DNA from: an uncultured Desulfospira sp.
GTDB lineage: Bacteria > Desulfobacterota > Desulfobacteria > Desulfobacterales > Desulfobacteraceae
Reading direction: 5' to 3'
Assembly: GCA_963663165.1 (NCBI GenBank)
Contig: OY760175.1
Location: 736,001-800,000, forward strand
DNA: 64,000 nt
The notes below the pieces were generated by a model. It searched no databases. It was not told the origin of the DNA and worked only from the letters and a program-made list of their open reading frames with translations. The position numbers and the translations under genes were made by a program. Positions 1 through 8,437 of the stretch are shown piece after piece (within the stretch, counting starts at the first letter, position 1; each line of letters begins with the position of its first letter).

Positions 1-433
1 GTTTAAGTTGGCCGGGCAGGGTCTTAAGCAAGGTGGACGGAAACCATAAAATATTGACCGTCTGCCAGGGGCCTGAAGCCGTTACAATCAGAATCAGGGC
101 CCAGATTCCCCCGGCAATGGAGCCGTAAAGGAACAGGTTGACCACACCGGAAACGCCCAAAAAACTGCCTGAAGCCGCCAGCAGTTTCACATCTCCGCCG
201 CCGGCATACCGCAGCAGAAAGGGGATCATCAGCAATAATAACCCGGTTCCCATTCCTTTAAACGCGTACAGGCAGCCCCATTCCAGACCGCTGGTTGCGG
301 CATGGTATCCCAAGCCTGCCAGACAGGCCGGAACAGTCAAATAATTGGGAATCCGCCGGAATCTTAAATCAAAGACAGCGGATATCCCGAATAAGAGGCT
401 GCACATCAAAATGGCCGGCATCGGTTGCATCAT
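1..433 (-). CDS. cpaA: A24-family prepilin peptidase (CpaA/TadV-like), 3' end runs off the window
   Basis: Not in the ORF track; translated by hand from ATG at 433: MMQPMPAILMCSLLFGISAVFDLRFRRIPNYL...RYAGGGDVKLLAASG. It has both catalytic-Asp motifs (D-L-R-x-R-R-I-P-N and GGGDVKL) and lies directly downstream of an Flp pilin. Confidence 0.88.
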   Translation of the reverse strand, partial: MMQPMPAILMCSLLFGISAVFDLRFRRIPNYLTVPACLAGLGYHAATSGLEWGCLYAFKGMGTGLLLLMIPFLLRYAGGGDVKLLAASGSFLGVSGVVNLFLYGSIAGGIWALILIVTASGPWQTVNILWFPSTLLKTLPGQLK

Positions 434-462
434 TTGGCTTTCGTATCCCCCCGCACAGAAGG

Positions 463-651
463 CTATGGTTCCTCGGTGGTGTCTTCCCCGTTCAGGCCGT
501 CAACGATTTCCTGGAATTTGTCATTAATGGTCTCTCCTAAGGTTGAGACAACCGTAACAATAGCCAGGGCAATGCCGGCGGCCATTAATGCATATTCCAC
601 TGCTGATATCCCTGAATCATCTTTCCATAACTCTTTTAATCTTTGAATCAT
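463..651 (-). CDS. flp: Flp/Fap type IVb (Tad) pilin
   Basis: 62 aa, short charged leader, G|ISAVEYAL processing/Flp motif, then a hydrophobic helix; AAGGAG RBS upstream. Confidence 0.93.
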   Translation of the reverse strand: MIQRLKELWKDDSGISAVEYALMAAGIALAIVTVVSTLGETINDKFQEIVDGLNGEDTTEEP

Positions 652-782
652 GATGCTCCTTTGGTGTTCTGTCGGCTTCTTTTACCGGGTCTTTCCCTTG
701 GGGCCCGCCCTAGTAACGGTCTCTTTACAGCCCTGAAAATAAAGGCCTGCTGGCGGTTAAGTTCAGGGGCTTGGGATGGGCC

Positions 783-823
783 AAAAAAAAATCCCAGACC
801 AAAATACTGCTTTGATCTGGGAT
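783..823 (-). terminator. Intrinsic terminator in the flp leader (riboswitch expression platform)
   Basis: Minus strand ATCCCAGATCAAAG-CAGTA-TTTTGGTCTGGGAT (14-bp stem with G-U pairs) followed by 8 T; lies between the riboswitch and the flp start. Confidence 0.85.
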
Positions 824-889
824 GTCCCCTTTTTATCCGCAAATTCTTTATGTGACCTGTATCCTATGAAGCCGCAAGAATACATTGTC

Positions 890-1082
890 TGATCAAACGG
901 GCAGGTCTTCTGACTTCCCTCCCTTCATGCGGCCTTCCCATCCCAAGATTCTGGTGGAACAGTGGCACAATAAATTGCTGAAGAGTTCCTGTTAAAATAA
1001 CAGGCAAGGGTCACAGCAGCGGGCCTGTCTTCGATTTTCACGAAGTTCCCTATTAAGCTTAATTTGCAAGCACCCATTCGGC
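890..1082 (-). ncRNA. Cobalamin (AdoCbl, class I-type) riboswitch
   Basis: Minus strand reads CGAATGGGTGC...TTAATAGGGAACTTCGTGAAAATCGAAGACAGGCCCGCTGCTGTGA...GCCACTG...GGGAAGGC...AAGTCAGAAGACCTGCCCGTTTG. All hallmark motifs, including the 3' B12 box, are in order, and P1 pairs CGAAUGGGU/GCCCGUUUG. Confidence 0.93.
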
Positions 1083-1085
1083 TGC

Positions 1086-1114
1086 AATGAACCAAAAATC
1101 TTCAAAAAAGTCAA
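1086..1114 (-). promoter_or_regulatory. Putative sigma70 promoter of the riboswitch-flp transcript
   Basis: TTGACT-17 bp-TTCATT with an extended TG; predicted +1 falls near the 5' end of riboswitch P1. The -10 is weak. Confidence 0.5.
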
Positions 1115-1221
1115 TTTTTTTCTTAACTTTTTGGAACTATGACGGTGTGCAACCCTATAAATTAGGATTATTTTGCTGTGTGGAAAACGGGGGAAAGCAG
1201 ATAAAATGGGGGAAGACCCGG

Positions 1222-2289
1222 TTATTTAACCGGGGGGTTGATGTCGAATTCGCTCATTTTGTAGAGCAGGGTTTTGTAGCTGATCTTTAGAATTTTGGCG
1301 GCCTTGGAGCGGTTCCAGCCCACCTTGTCCAAAACAAAGACAATGACTTCCTTTTCTACCCGGTTGGCGGCCATTTTTTTGATTTTTTTAAGGGAGATGT
1401 CCTGGAACAGTTTTTCAGAACTGGTGGACAAATCAACGAACTGGGAGATGATGGTTACCGATTCAGTGCTGAATTCTCCGGTATCGGTATCCGACTTTTT
1501 GCCCTTGTTTGGTTTTACAACATTTTTCGGGACTTCTGTACCGTCCTTGGGAAGCTCATTGAATATCTTCTCCCAGGAGTTCATCACCATCTGCTTTTTA
1601 ATGCAGTTTTGAAGCTGGCGTACATTTCCCGGCCAGGAATACCGGCACAGTTTTTCCATAATGTCTGTATCTGGTTTGGCCCCGTTGTTTTCAGGGTATT
1701 CAGATTTAAATTTCCGGTAATAGTACTCAACCAGGGCAGGGATGTCTTCTTTGCGTTCCCGTAACGGGGGGATGTCGATTTTGATAATGTTCAGCCGGTA
1801 AAAAAGATCTTCCCGGAATTGCTTTTGTTTGATCCGCTCTTCAAGGTTATGGTTGGTGGCGGCAATGACCCATACATCGGTTTTAAACTCCTGGTCTGAT
1901 CCGAGGGGGGAGAATTCACCGCTTTGCAGGACATGGAGCATTTTGGACTGAAGGGCTATGGGCATGTCCCCGATTTCATCCAGGAAAAGCACGCCTTTGT
2001 TGGCGGTCTGAAATTTGCCGGGCCGTTTTCTGTGGGCACCGGTAAATGCCCCCCTTTCGTATCCGTACAATTCACTTTCAAGAAGGGTTTCCGGCAGGGC
2101 CGCACAATTTATTTTCACAAAATTGCGGGAAGATCTGGTGGACTCGGCGTACAGGTTTTGGGCGACCACCTCCTTGCCGACACCGGTTTCACCGGTGATG
2201 AGGACGTTAAGGCAGGTGTGCGCCACATGGTTGATCAATTCCTTGATCTTTAACATTGATTGACTTACGCCGATTAGAGGTGTGCTCAT
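1222..2289 (-). CDS. Sigma-54-dependent transcriptional activator (AAA+ and Fis HTH, no N-terminal sensor)
   Basis: GETGVGKE Walker A, GAFTGA loop, LFLDEIG, FREDLFYRL, WPGNVRQL, C-terminal WNRSKAAKILKISYKTL HTH. Confidence 0.93.
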   Translation of the reverse strand: MSTPLIGVSQSMLKIKELINHVAHTCLNVLITGETGVGKEVVAQNLYAESTRSSRNFVKINCAALPETLLESELYGYERGAFTGAHRKRPGKFQTANKGVLFLDEIGDMPIALQSKMLHVLQSGEFSPLGSDQEFKTDVWVIAATNHNLEERIKQKQFREDLFYRLNIIKIDIPPLRERKEDIPALVEYYYRKFKSEYPENNGAKPDTDIMEKLCRYSWPGNVRQLQNCIKKQMVMNSWEKIFNELPKDGTEVPKNVVKPNKGKKSDTDTGEFSTESVTIISQFVDLSTSSEKLFQDISLKKIKKMAANRVEKEVIVFVLDKVGWNRSKAAKILKISYKTLLYKMSEFDINPPVK

Positions 2290-2310
2290 AAGTATTAACG
2301 TCTTTTTTGT

Positions 2311-2694
2311 CTACTTCTTTTCCTTGTTTAACAGCTTGGCAACTTTTTCTTCGATGTCAAACAAATCTATAGGCTTAAACAATACCAAGTCAGCTTCCGC
2401 TTCAGAGGCAAGGGCACCGGGGTGGTCTCCATAACCGGTCATGGCAATAATTTTAATTCCCGGGCATTCTTTTTTTGCAATGGAAATAAGACCGACCCCG
2501 CTGATATTCGGCATAACCAGATCCGTTATCAGGCAATGAAATACTTTGGGTTTCTCCTTTAAAATTTTTAATGCGGCAAGACCGTCAATGGCAGTTTTGA
2601 CTTCGTACCCCATTGAATTGAAAAATTCGTAAAAGGTAGACAGGATGTCTTCGTTGTCATCAACTATCAAAAGTCGCAGAGGATTTTCCGGCAT
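2311..2694 (-). CDS. Stand-alone response regulator receiver protein
   Basis: LIVDD, ITDLVMP (phospho-Asp), AMTG, FKP; 127 aa with no output domain. Confidence 0.9.
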   Translation of the reverse strand: MPENPLRLLIVDDNEDILSTFYEFFNSMGYEVKTAIDGLAALKILKEKPKVFHCLITDLVMPNISGVGLISIAKKECPGIKIIAMTGYGDHPGALASEAEADLVLFKPIDLFDIEEKVAKLLNKEKK

Positions 2695-2846
2695 TTTTAT
2701 TACCTTAAAATTTCAACGGATTTTATATTGTTAAGTGCATATAATAGTTTTGTTCCGGTTTGCAAGGAAAAAATATGATTTCCCGACTATTTTAAAAAGA
2801 ATCGTATCCGGCACCTTATATAAATTGCCCACTTGAAATATCCTGA

Positions 2847-3794
2847 TCAGATGAAATAGGAGACAGCAATGTAGACAAAAAACAAAACCACAAAAACCAG
2901 TCCCTGGCCTTTGTTCACCCCTTTATACTTATAGGCAAGGACGCCCAGGGCCAGGCAGATAAAAATCATGAAAGGGAACTGGAACAAATGAAGGGACTTG
3001 TCAATATGCATGGGATTGCATATGCCCACAAACCCCATGACCAGGCAGATGTTGAACAGGTTTGATCCCACCACATTGCCGACAGAAATATCGCTTTCCC
3101 CCCTGGCAGCAGCCACGGCCGAGGTGGCAAGTTCGGGCAGGGACGTACCGAGTGCCACCACTGAAATGCCGATAAAGGTCTGGGACAGCCCGATTTTTTC
3201 AGCAAGCCCGATGGCCGTGGAAACCACAAGCTCAGCACCGTAACCGAGCATGCCGACGCCCAGGATAATATAGATAAAGTTTTTTAACAGCTTTTTTGAA
3301 TTGCGCTGGGATGCAAGGTTTTCATTTCCGGCTGAAGGGTCTTTTTTTTCCCTGGCCGTGAGAATCCCGTAGACCAGAAATCCGATCAAAAGGCCGATAA
3401 GGATGATCCCGTCCATGCGGCCGATGGCCCCGTCCAGGCACATCACCCAGAATATAATCGAAACAGCGACCATGTAGGGGATTTCAATGATGGTCACCTG
3501 CCGTTTAACGGAAACCGGCCGGATCATGGCGGAAATTCCGAGAACCAGGGCAATGTTGATGACATTGGAGCCCAGGATATTGCCGATGGAAATGGCACCG
3601 GACCCTTTAACGGCCGCCACCATACTCACCAGAAGTTCCGGTGCCGACGTGGCCAGAGAGACAACGGTCAGCCCGATAATAACCGGTCTTACAGCAAACA
3701 TGACAGCCGTGGAGGCTGCCCCTTCAACCAAAATTTCAGATCCAAAATAAAGCAGGAGCAACCCTGCCGTCAATATCAGTAGCGGTACAATCAT
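2847..3794 (-). CDS. Ca2+/cation antiporter (CaCA, YrbG-like)
   Basis: Two alpha-repeats (ATSAPEL...GNILGSN and GTSLPEL...GNVVGSN), about 10 TM helices. Confidence 0.92.
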   Translation of the reverse strand: MIVPLLILTAGLLLLYFGSEILVEGAASTAVMFAVRPVIIGLTVVSLATSAPELLVSMVAAVKGSGAISIGNILGSNVINIALVLGISAMIRPVSVKRQVTIIEIPYMVAVSIIFWVMCLDGAIGRMDGIILIGLLIGFLVYGILTAREKKDPSAGNENLASQRNSKKLLKNFIYIILGVGMLGYGAELVVSTAIGLAEKIGLSQTFIGISVVALGTSLPELATSAVAAARGESDISVGNVVGSNLFNICLVMGFVGICNPMHIDKSLHLFQFPFMIFICLALGVLAYKYKGVNKGQGLVFVVLFFVYIAVSYFI

Positions 3795-3938
3795 GGGGTC
3801 ATTCTTTCTTTTCGCTTTTTACTTAAGCGGTTATCTGCCTTGCGTTAACATAAAATTAATATTATAAGACGTGAATCATAAATCAGGCCGGCCAATTTAT
3901 CAAGCAGGATAACCCCGGCAAGAAAAGAAACAAGGAAG

Positions 3939-4949
3939 ATGTGTATGAAGAAAAGTATGATAAAAGGCACCGGGATGTTTGTTCCCCCTAACCTGGTGAC
4001 CAACCATGATCTGGTTAAACTGATGGACACCTCTGATGAATGGATCCGCCAGAGAACCGGCATCCGTCAAAGATACTGGACAACGGGCGAGTGCGGGTCT
4101 TCAGACCTTGGATATGAAGCCTCTGTTAAGGCCCTTGACATGGCCGGGTGGACAGCCGAAGACCTTGATTTTATCATATTTGCCACATTGAGCCCGGATA
4201 TCATGTTTCCGGGCTCAGGCTGCCTGATGGCCGCTCGTTTGGGATTGAATTCAACCCCTGTCCTGGATATCCGCCAGCAGTGTACCGGCTTTCTTTACGC
4301 TCTGGCAACGGCCGATGCCTATATCCAGTGCGGCCTTGCTAAAAAAGTTCTGGTGGTCGGGGCCGAAGTTCATTCCACCGGCCTTGATAAAACCACCCGG
4401 GGCCGCGATGTGACCGTGATATTCGGTGACGGCGGCGGTGCGGTCTGCGTTGAAGGCGTTGACACCGATGAAAAATGCGGCCTGTTATCATCGGCCCTCC
4501 ATGCCGACGGCAATTTTGCCTCTTCTTTAATGACGGAGCTGCCGGCGTCCAGACTGCCGGTGCGAATCCCAAAGGATGCGGATGCAGATGACCCCCGATG
4601 GTTTCCGATAATGGACGGTCCGGCCATCTTCAAAAAAGCGGTCCGGATGCTGCCCAAGGTGACCCAGGAGGCATTGAAAATGGCCGGTATAGGGCTTGAC
4701 GAGATTGATCTGGTCATTCCCCACCAGGCCAACAAACGGATCAACCAGGCCTTTGGACAGTTCTTAAAACTGCCTGAAGACAAAATTTTCCATAACATTG
4801 AAAAATACGGAAACACCACGGCCGCCAGCATCCCCATTGCCCTTCACGAGGCCATGGAACAGGGCCTGATCGGAGAACCCGGCTCGACCGTGCTGTTTGC
4901 AGGGTTAGGGGCCGGCCTGACATGGGCGGCGTCGATTTACCGGTTTTAA
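3939..4949 (+). CDS. fabH: 3-oxoacyl-ACP synthase III
   Basis: DTSDEWI..RTGI, catalytic Cys (QQCTG), PHQAN, GNTTAAS, FGDGGGA. Start could be 3945. Confidence 0.9.
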   Translation: MCMKKSMIKGTGMFVPPNLVTNHDLVKLMDTSDEWIRQRTGIRQRYWTTGECGSSDLGYEASVKALDMAGWTAEDLDFIIFATLSPDIMFPGSGCLMAARLGLNSTPVLDIRQQCTGFLYALATADAYIQCGLAKKVLVVGAEVHSTGLDKTTRGRDVTVIFGDGGGAVCVEGVDTDEKCGLLSSALHADGNFASSLMTELPASRLPVRIPKDADADDPRWFPIMDGPAIFKKAVRMLPKVTQEALKMAGIGLDEIDLVIPHQANKRINQAFGQFLKLPEDKIFHNIEKYGNTTAASIPIALHEAMEQGLIGEPGSTVLFAGLGAGLTWAASIYRF

Positions 4950-4952
4950 AAA

Positions 4953-5041
4953 AGCAGTTAGCTGTTAGCCATTAGCGGGCTGTAGCAGCCCAAAATCTGC
5001 ACAGCTAAAAGCTAACAGCTAATGCCTAACAGCTAATGGCT
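4953..5041. repeat. 7-bp-periodic inverted repeat (TTAGCTG/CAGCTAA family) between convergent fabH and pgi
   Basis: AGCAGTT AGCTGTT AGCCATT AGC ... ACAGCTA AAAGCTA ACAGCTA ATGCCTA ACAGCTA ATGGCT; overlaps the pgi stop. Confidence 0.85.
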
Positions 5042-6661
5042 TTTAAACAATTTGTTCAGATAGAACGCTTCCGCCTCTCCCAAATGATCAAAGCTGTGGG
5101 AAAAATCCTGATTTTTGGACTGAATTTCTGTCCTTAGTTTGGAAGCAAGGACCTTGCCCAGTTCCACACCATACTGATCAAAGGGGTTGAGCCCCAGGAT
5201 AAACCCTTCGAGAACGGTCCTGGCTTCGTAAAAGGAGAGCAGAATCCCGATACTCTGGGCGCTCAGATCATTAATTACCAGAACCGATGAGGGCCGGTTG
5301 CCTGAGAAAAACCGCTCGGGCCGGTCATCGTCCTTGCCAATGGCCAGCGCCGTGGTCTGGGCAATGAGGTTGGCCCACAGCTCCTGATGGTTGGTCACCC
5401 CTTTTGACCGGACGCTCTTTCCGGTAAACCCGGGGGTAAGAACACCGATAAATTCAATGGGAAACGCTGGTCCCTGGTGGGCAAGCTGGAAAAAAGAATG
5501 CTGGGCGTTGGTGCCGGGTTCCCCGAAAATAATGCATCCCCCGGGGGTTTCCAGGAACTGCCCGTCAGCGGTTACCATTTTGCCCAGGCTTTCCATATAA
5601 AGCTGCTGGACGTGGGGGGCCAGCCTGGAAAGGGCGGCAGAGTAGGGCACAATGGCCTGGGCCCCGTAGTTCAGGCAATAGGTATTCCATATGGAAATCA
5701 GGGCTGCGGTTAAGGGGATATTTTCATTTGGAGGGGCCTTGAGGGTGTGGCGGTCCATGGCGTGGCACCCTTTAAGAAATTGCTCAAACACGTCAAACCC
5801 GAAGGCAAGGCTTAAGGGCAGGGCGCCTACCGCCGAAGTCACCGAGTACCGGCCGCCGATAAAATCAAACATGTGAAAACTGTCCAGAATAGGGGCCGCG
5901 GTGTCAGACGGATTGTCCCCGGGACTGCCCTTGGCCGTGACCGTTACCAGATGGTCCTTGGACGTCAGCAAATGGCTTTGCAGGTAGAACAGCACCTGCT
6001 CCAGGTTGGCCATGGTTTCAGTGGTGGTGTAAGATTTAGAAATCACGATCCATAAACAGGATTCCGCCTCAACCTCACGGGTTATCCGGGCAAAATTGTC
6101 AATATCCACGTTGGACAAAAATAACAGTTTAATCTGGGATTCGTGGGCGGCTTTCAATGCTTCAGAAGCAAATTCGCACCCCAGGTACGACCCGCCGATT
6201 CCCACAATTACGGCATGGGTAAAGGGTTTGCCGGTTGAGCCCTTGAGTTCGCCGGACCGGACAGCCCGTGAAAATTGCTGAATCTGGCCATTGACCCGGT
6301 GGATTTCCTTTAACACATCCACATCGCCTGCCATAAGGCTGTCCCGGGAAAAATCCCGGGTACCGGTATGAAGGGCCGAGCGTTTTTCAGTGACGTTAAC
6401 GATTTCTCCTTTGGCCATTTCGTCAAAGGTTTCCAATGCCCCGGCTGTTTCAGCAAGGGCATAAAGAGACGCCATGGCATCTTTGTCCAGGCGCTGGCGT
6501 GAAAAATCAAAAAACAGCCCTTCGCATTCAAGGCTGAAGCCTTTGAACCTGTCCGGGTCTTGAAGCAGCTGTTTAAGGTGGCGGGTTTGAGAATCAAACC
6601 CGGTGGCTTTTTGAATCAGATCTTTGAATTCAGAAAGCTGGTCCATGGCTTTTGTGTTCAT
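5033..6661 (-). CDS. pgi: Glucose-6-phosphate isomerase
   Basis: GIGGSYLG, SKSYTT, IGGRYSVTSAVG, QQLYMESLGK, GTNAQHSFFQL, FDQYGVELGK. Start reset to ATG 6661 (GGAGG RBS). Confidence 0.96.
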   Translation of the reverse strand: MNTKAMDQLSEFKDLIQKATGFDSQTRHLKQLLQDPDRFKGFSLECEGLFFDFSRQRLDKDAMASLYALAETAGALETFDEMAKGEIVNVTEKRSALHTGTRDFSRDSLMAGDVDVLKEIHRVNGQIQQFSRAVRSGELKGSTGKPFTHAVIVGIGGSYLGCEFASEALKAAHESQIKLLFLSNVDIDNFARITREVEAESCLWIVISKSYTTTETMANLEQVLFYLQSHLLTSKDHLVTVTAKGSPGDNPSDTAAPILDSFHMFDFIGGRYSVTSAVGALPLSLAFGFDVFEQFLKGCHAMDRHTLKAPPNENIPLTAALISIWNTYCLNYGAQAIVPYSAALSRLAPHVQQLYMESLGKMVTADGQFLETPGGCIIFGEPGTNAQHSFFQLAHQGPAFPIEFIGVLTPGFTGKSVRSKGVTNHQELWANLIAQTTALAIGKDDDRPERFFSGNRPSSVLVINDLSAQSIGILLSFYEARTVLEGFILGLNPFDQYGVELGKVLASKLRTEIQSKNQDFSHSFDHLGEAEAFYLNKLFKSH

Positions 6662-6976
6662 GTTGTCCTCCCCGATTTTTTTTATGATAAAGCTTGAATG
6701 CTGGAATTTGAGTGCCGCAATTTCTGATAGAATAATAAAACTAAATGGTTCGGTCAAGCGCGGCGAACGAGATGTTAAAAGGCGTCTGTGTTAATTGCAG
6801 ATACAACTATTATTAAATTATATAACAACTAATTGTAATGACAATAATTTTGATAAGTTTGTTGTGTGTACAAATAAGGGGAGGGCGGGTGGTAAGTTTT
6901 CCCTATAGGCAAAACCAAGACGTCATGATGGACTTTTTATATGAAAGACTCAGCAACCTGTTGAGTGCTTTCAATA

Positions 6977-7236
6977 TTCGTTGTGGGCGGTTCTTGGTTG
7001 GATAACCAAGACGGCCCGTGGCCGTTATAAGAAACTGGAGACAAGAAACAAGAGACAAGAGGGCGAAGCACCTGCGGTGCCCAATTTATAGTCTACCGTT
7101 GCTGGTATCTTCAGTTTCATTAATAGTTGTGGGCTTGTGGCCCATGGCAGTTTATAAGAAAGTCTCACTAACAAGATGAAAAGACTTTCATTTTTCGTTG
7201 TGGGCGGTTCTTGGTTGGATAACCAAGAACCGCCCA
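6977..7236. repeat. Two copies of a 35-bp REP-like palindromic repeat plus one truncated copy
   Basis: TTCGTTGTGGGCGGTTCTTGGTTGGATAACCAAGA at 6977-7011 and 7194-7228. The second extends to a perfect 16-bp stem (7201-7236, loop GGAT). A short variant lies near 7127-7161. Confidence 0.8.
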
Positions 7237-7276
7237 TGTCCACCAGGATTTTAATTAGTGCCTGAATGGAAAACCC

Positions 7277-7419
7277 GTGTTTGGACGAAAAGTTGCCCAG
7301 ATGCAAGGCGTAACCAAAGGTCAGAAACCAGAAAAAATGGCAACCGGAGCAACCTTGCGGTTGTGAGGATTGCCATTTTTTCTGCAACACAGCAGATGGG
7401 TGACTTTTCGTTCAAACAC
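7277..7419 (-). mobile_element. TIR-bounded MITE-like element, copy 1 (inverted, ~18 bp longer)
   Basis: Ends GTGTTTGGACGAAAAG ... CTTTTCGTTCAAACAC; interior matches the reverse complement of the copies at 10962 and 40174. Confidence 0.75.
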
Positions 7420-8126
7420 TAATCCCTGGAGCCGCCAAAAATCCTGAGCAGAAACAGAAACAGGTTAATGAAGTCCAGATAAAGGGTGAGGGCGCCCATA
7501 ATGGATCCTTTGCGAACCATGGCACCGGTGGCGTTGCCCGGCATGGTAACGGCCATGGATTTAAGTTTCTGGGTGTCATAGGCGGTTAATCCCACAAATA
7601 CCAGAACGCCGATATAGGAAATGACCATGGCCATGGCCGAACTCTGGATGAATATATTCACCACAGAGGCGATGATAATACCGATCAGCCCCATCATCAT
7701 GAAGCCGCCCATGGAGGTCAGATCCCGTTTGGTGACCATGCCGAAGATGCTGCAGGAAAGAAAGGTGACCGCGCAGATCACAAAGGTGGACGCGATAGAG
7801 GTTGCCGTATACGCCAGGAATATAAAGGACAGAGTAATCCCGTTGAGTATGGCGTATACCGCAAACAGCGTGGTCGCCGTGGACGCCTGAATTTTTTGTA
7901 TCCTGGCCGACAGGAAAAAGACAAACCCAAGCTCGGCAATGATCAGCACGGGCAAGGCAATGGGATTGCCGTAAACTATCTGGATGGCGGTTTCGTTGTG
8001 GGATACGAAATATGCGGTAAAGGCGGTGAGGCCAAGGCCGATGGCCATCCAGTTGTAGACGCTTCTGATAAACGAATTAACCCGGGTTAAGGTATCGGAC
8101 CCGGAAAAAGAATAAGCCTGATTCAT
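7419..8126 (-). CDS. Bax inhibitor-1/YccA-YbhL family membrane protein
   Basis: VYNWM, 7 TM helices, LTAYDTQKLK, GALTLYLDFINLF. Start reset to ATG 8126 (AGGAGG RBS). Confidence 0.92.
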   Translation of the reverse strand: MNQAYSFSGSDTLTRVNSFIRSVYNWMAIGLGLTAFTAYFVSHNETAIQIVYGNPIALPVLIIAELGFVFFLSARIQKIQASTATTLFAVYAILNGITLSFIFLAYTATSIASTFVICAVTFLSCSIFGMVTKRDLTSMGGFMMMGLIGIIIASVVNIFIQSSAMAMVISYIGVLVFVGLTAYDTQKLKSMAVTMPGNATGAMVRKGSIMGALTLYLDFINLFLFLLRIFGGSRD

Positions 8127-8280
8127 TTGGTATGCCTCCTTAAAAAGTTTGTTTCGGATCATTAAAGTACTTTTATCAGTATAATAACATTAAAAAAGGG
8201 GATTGCAAGATTACAATTTGATTAACCATTTGGACCGATAAAAAGTTTACATAATATATATTATCAGACATTCAAAATAA

Positions 8281-8352
8281 GGAAGACCTGAGACCGGATA
8301 TTGTGACTCCCTCGGGTTTACGCATTCCGGTCTCCGGTCTTCCGGTTTCCTT
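8281..8352. repeat. Short-period inverted repeat (GAGACCG/CCGGTCT family)
   Basis: GGAAGACCTGAGACCGGA ... TCCGGTCTCCGGTCTTCCGGTTTCC; related to 17385-17440. Confidence 0.6.
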
Positions 8353-8437
8353 CAATCATCATATTTATATTGTTAAAACAAATTCATTGTTTTATAAATA
8401 TACCCCTTGTATTTAATGAACGATATCGATAAATCAG

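Noticed and set aside
643..855. ORFs 643..855 (+) and 648..842 (-) as genes between the riboswitch and flp
   Set aside because: No protein features; they overlap the terminator hairpin and leader.
963..979. TGGCACAATAAATTGCT as a sigma-54 promoter near the activator gene
   Set aside because: GG-to-GC spacing is 11, not 10. It points away from flp and overlaps the complement of the riboswitch GCCACTG motif.
6830..6875. ATTGTAATGACAAT and TTTGT-N7-ACAAA palindromes upstream of pgi as operator sites
   Set aside because: Short palindromes in very AT-rich DNA that I cannot match confidently to a known regulator.
6977..7228. 35-bp direct repeats as a CRISPR array
   Set aside because: Only two full copies, about 180 bp apart, and no cas genes.
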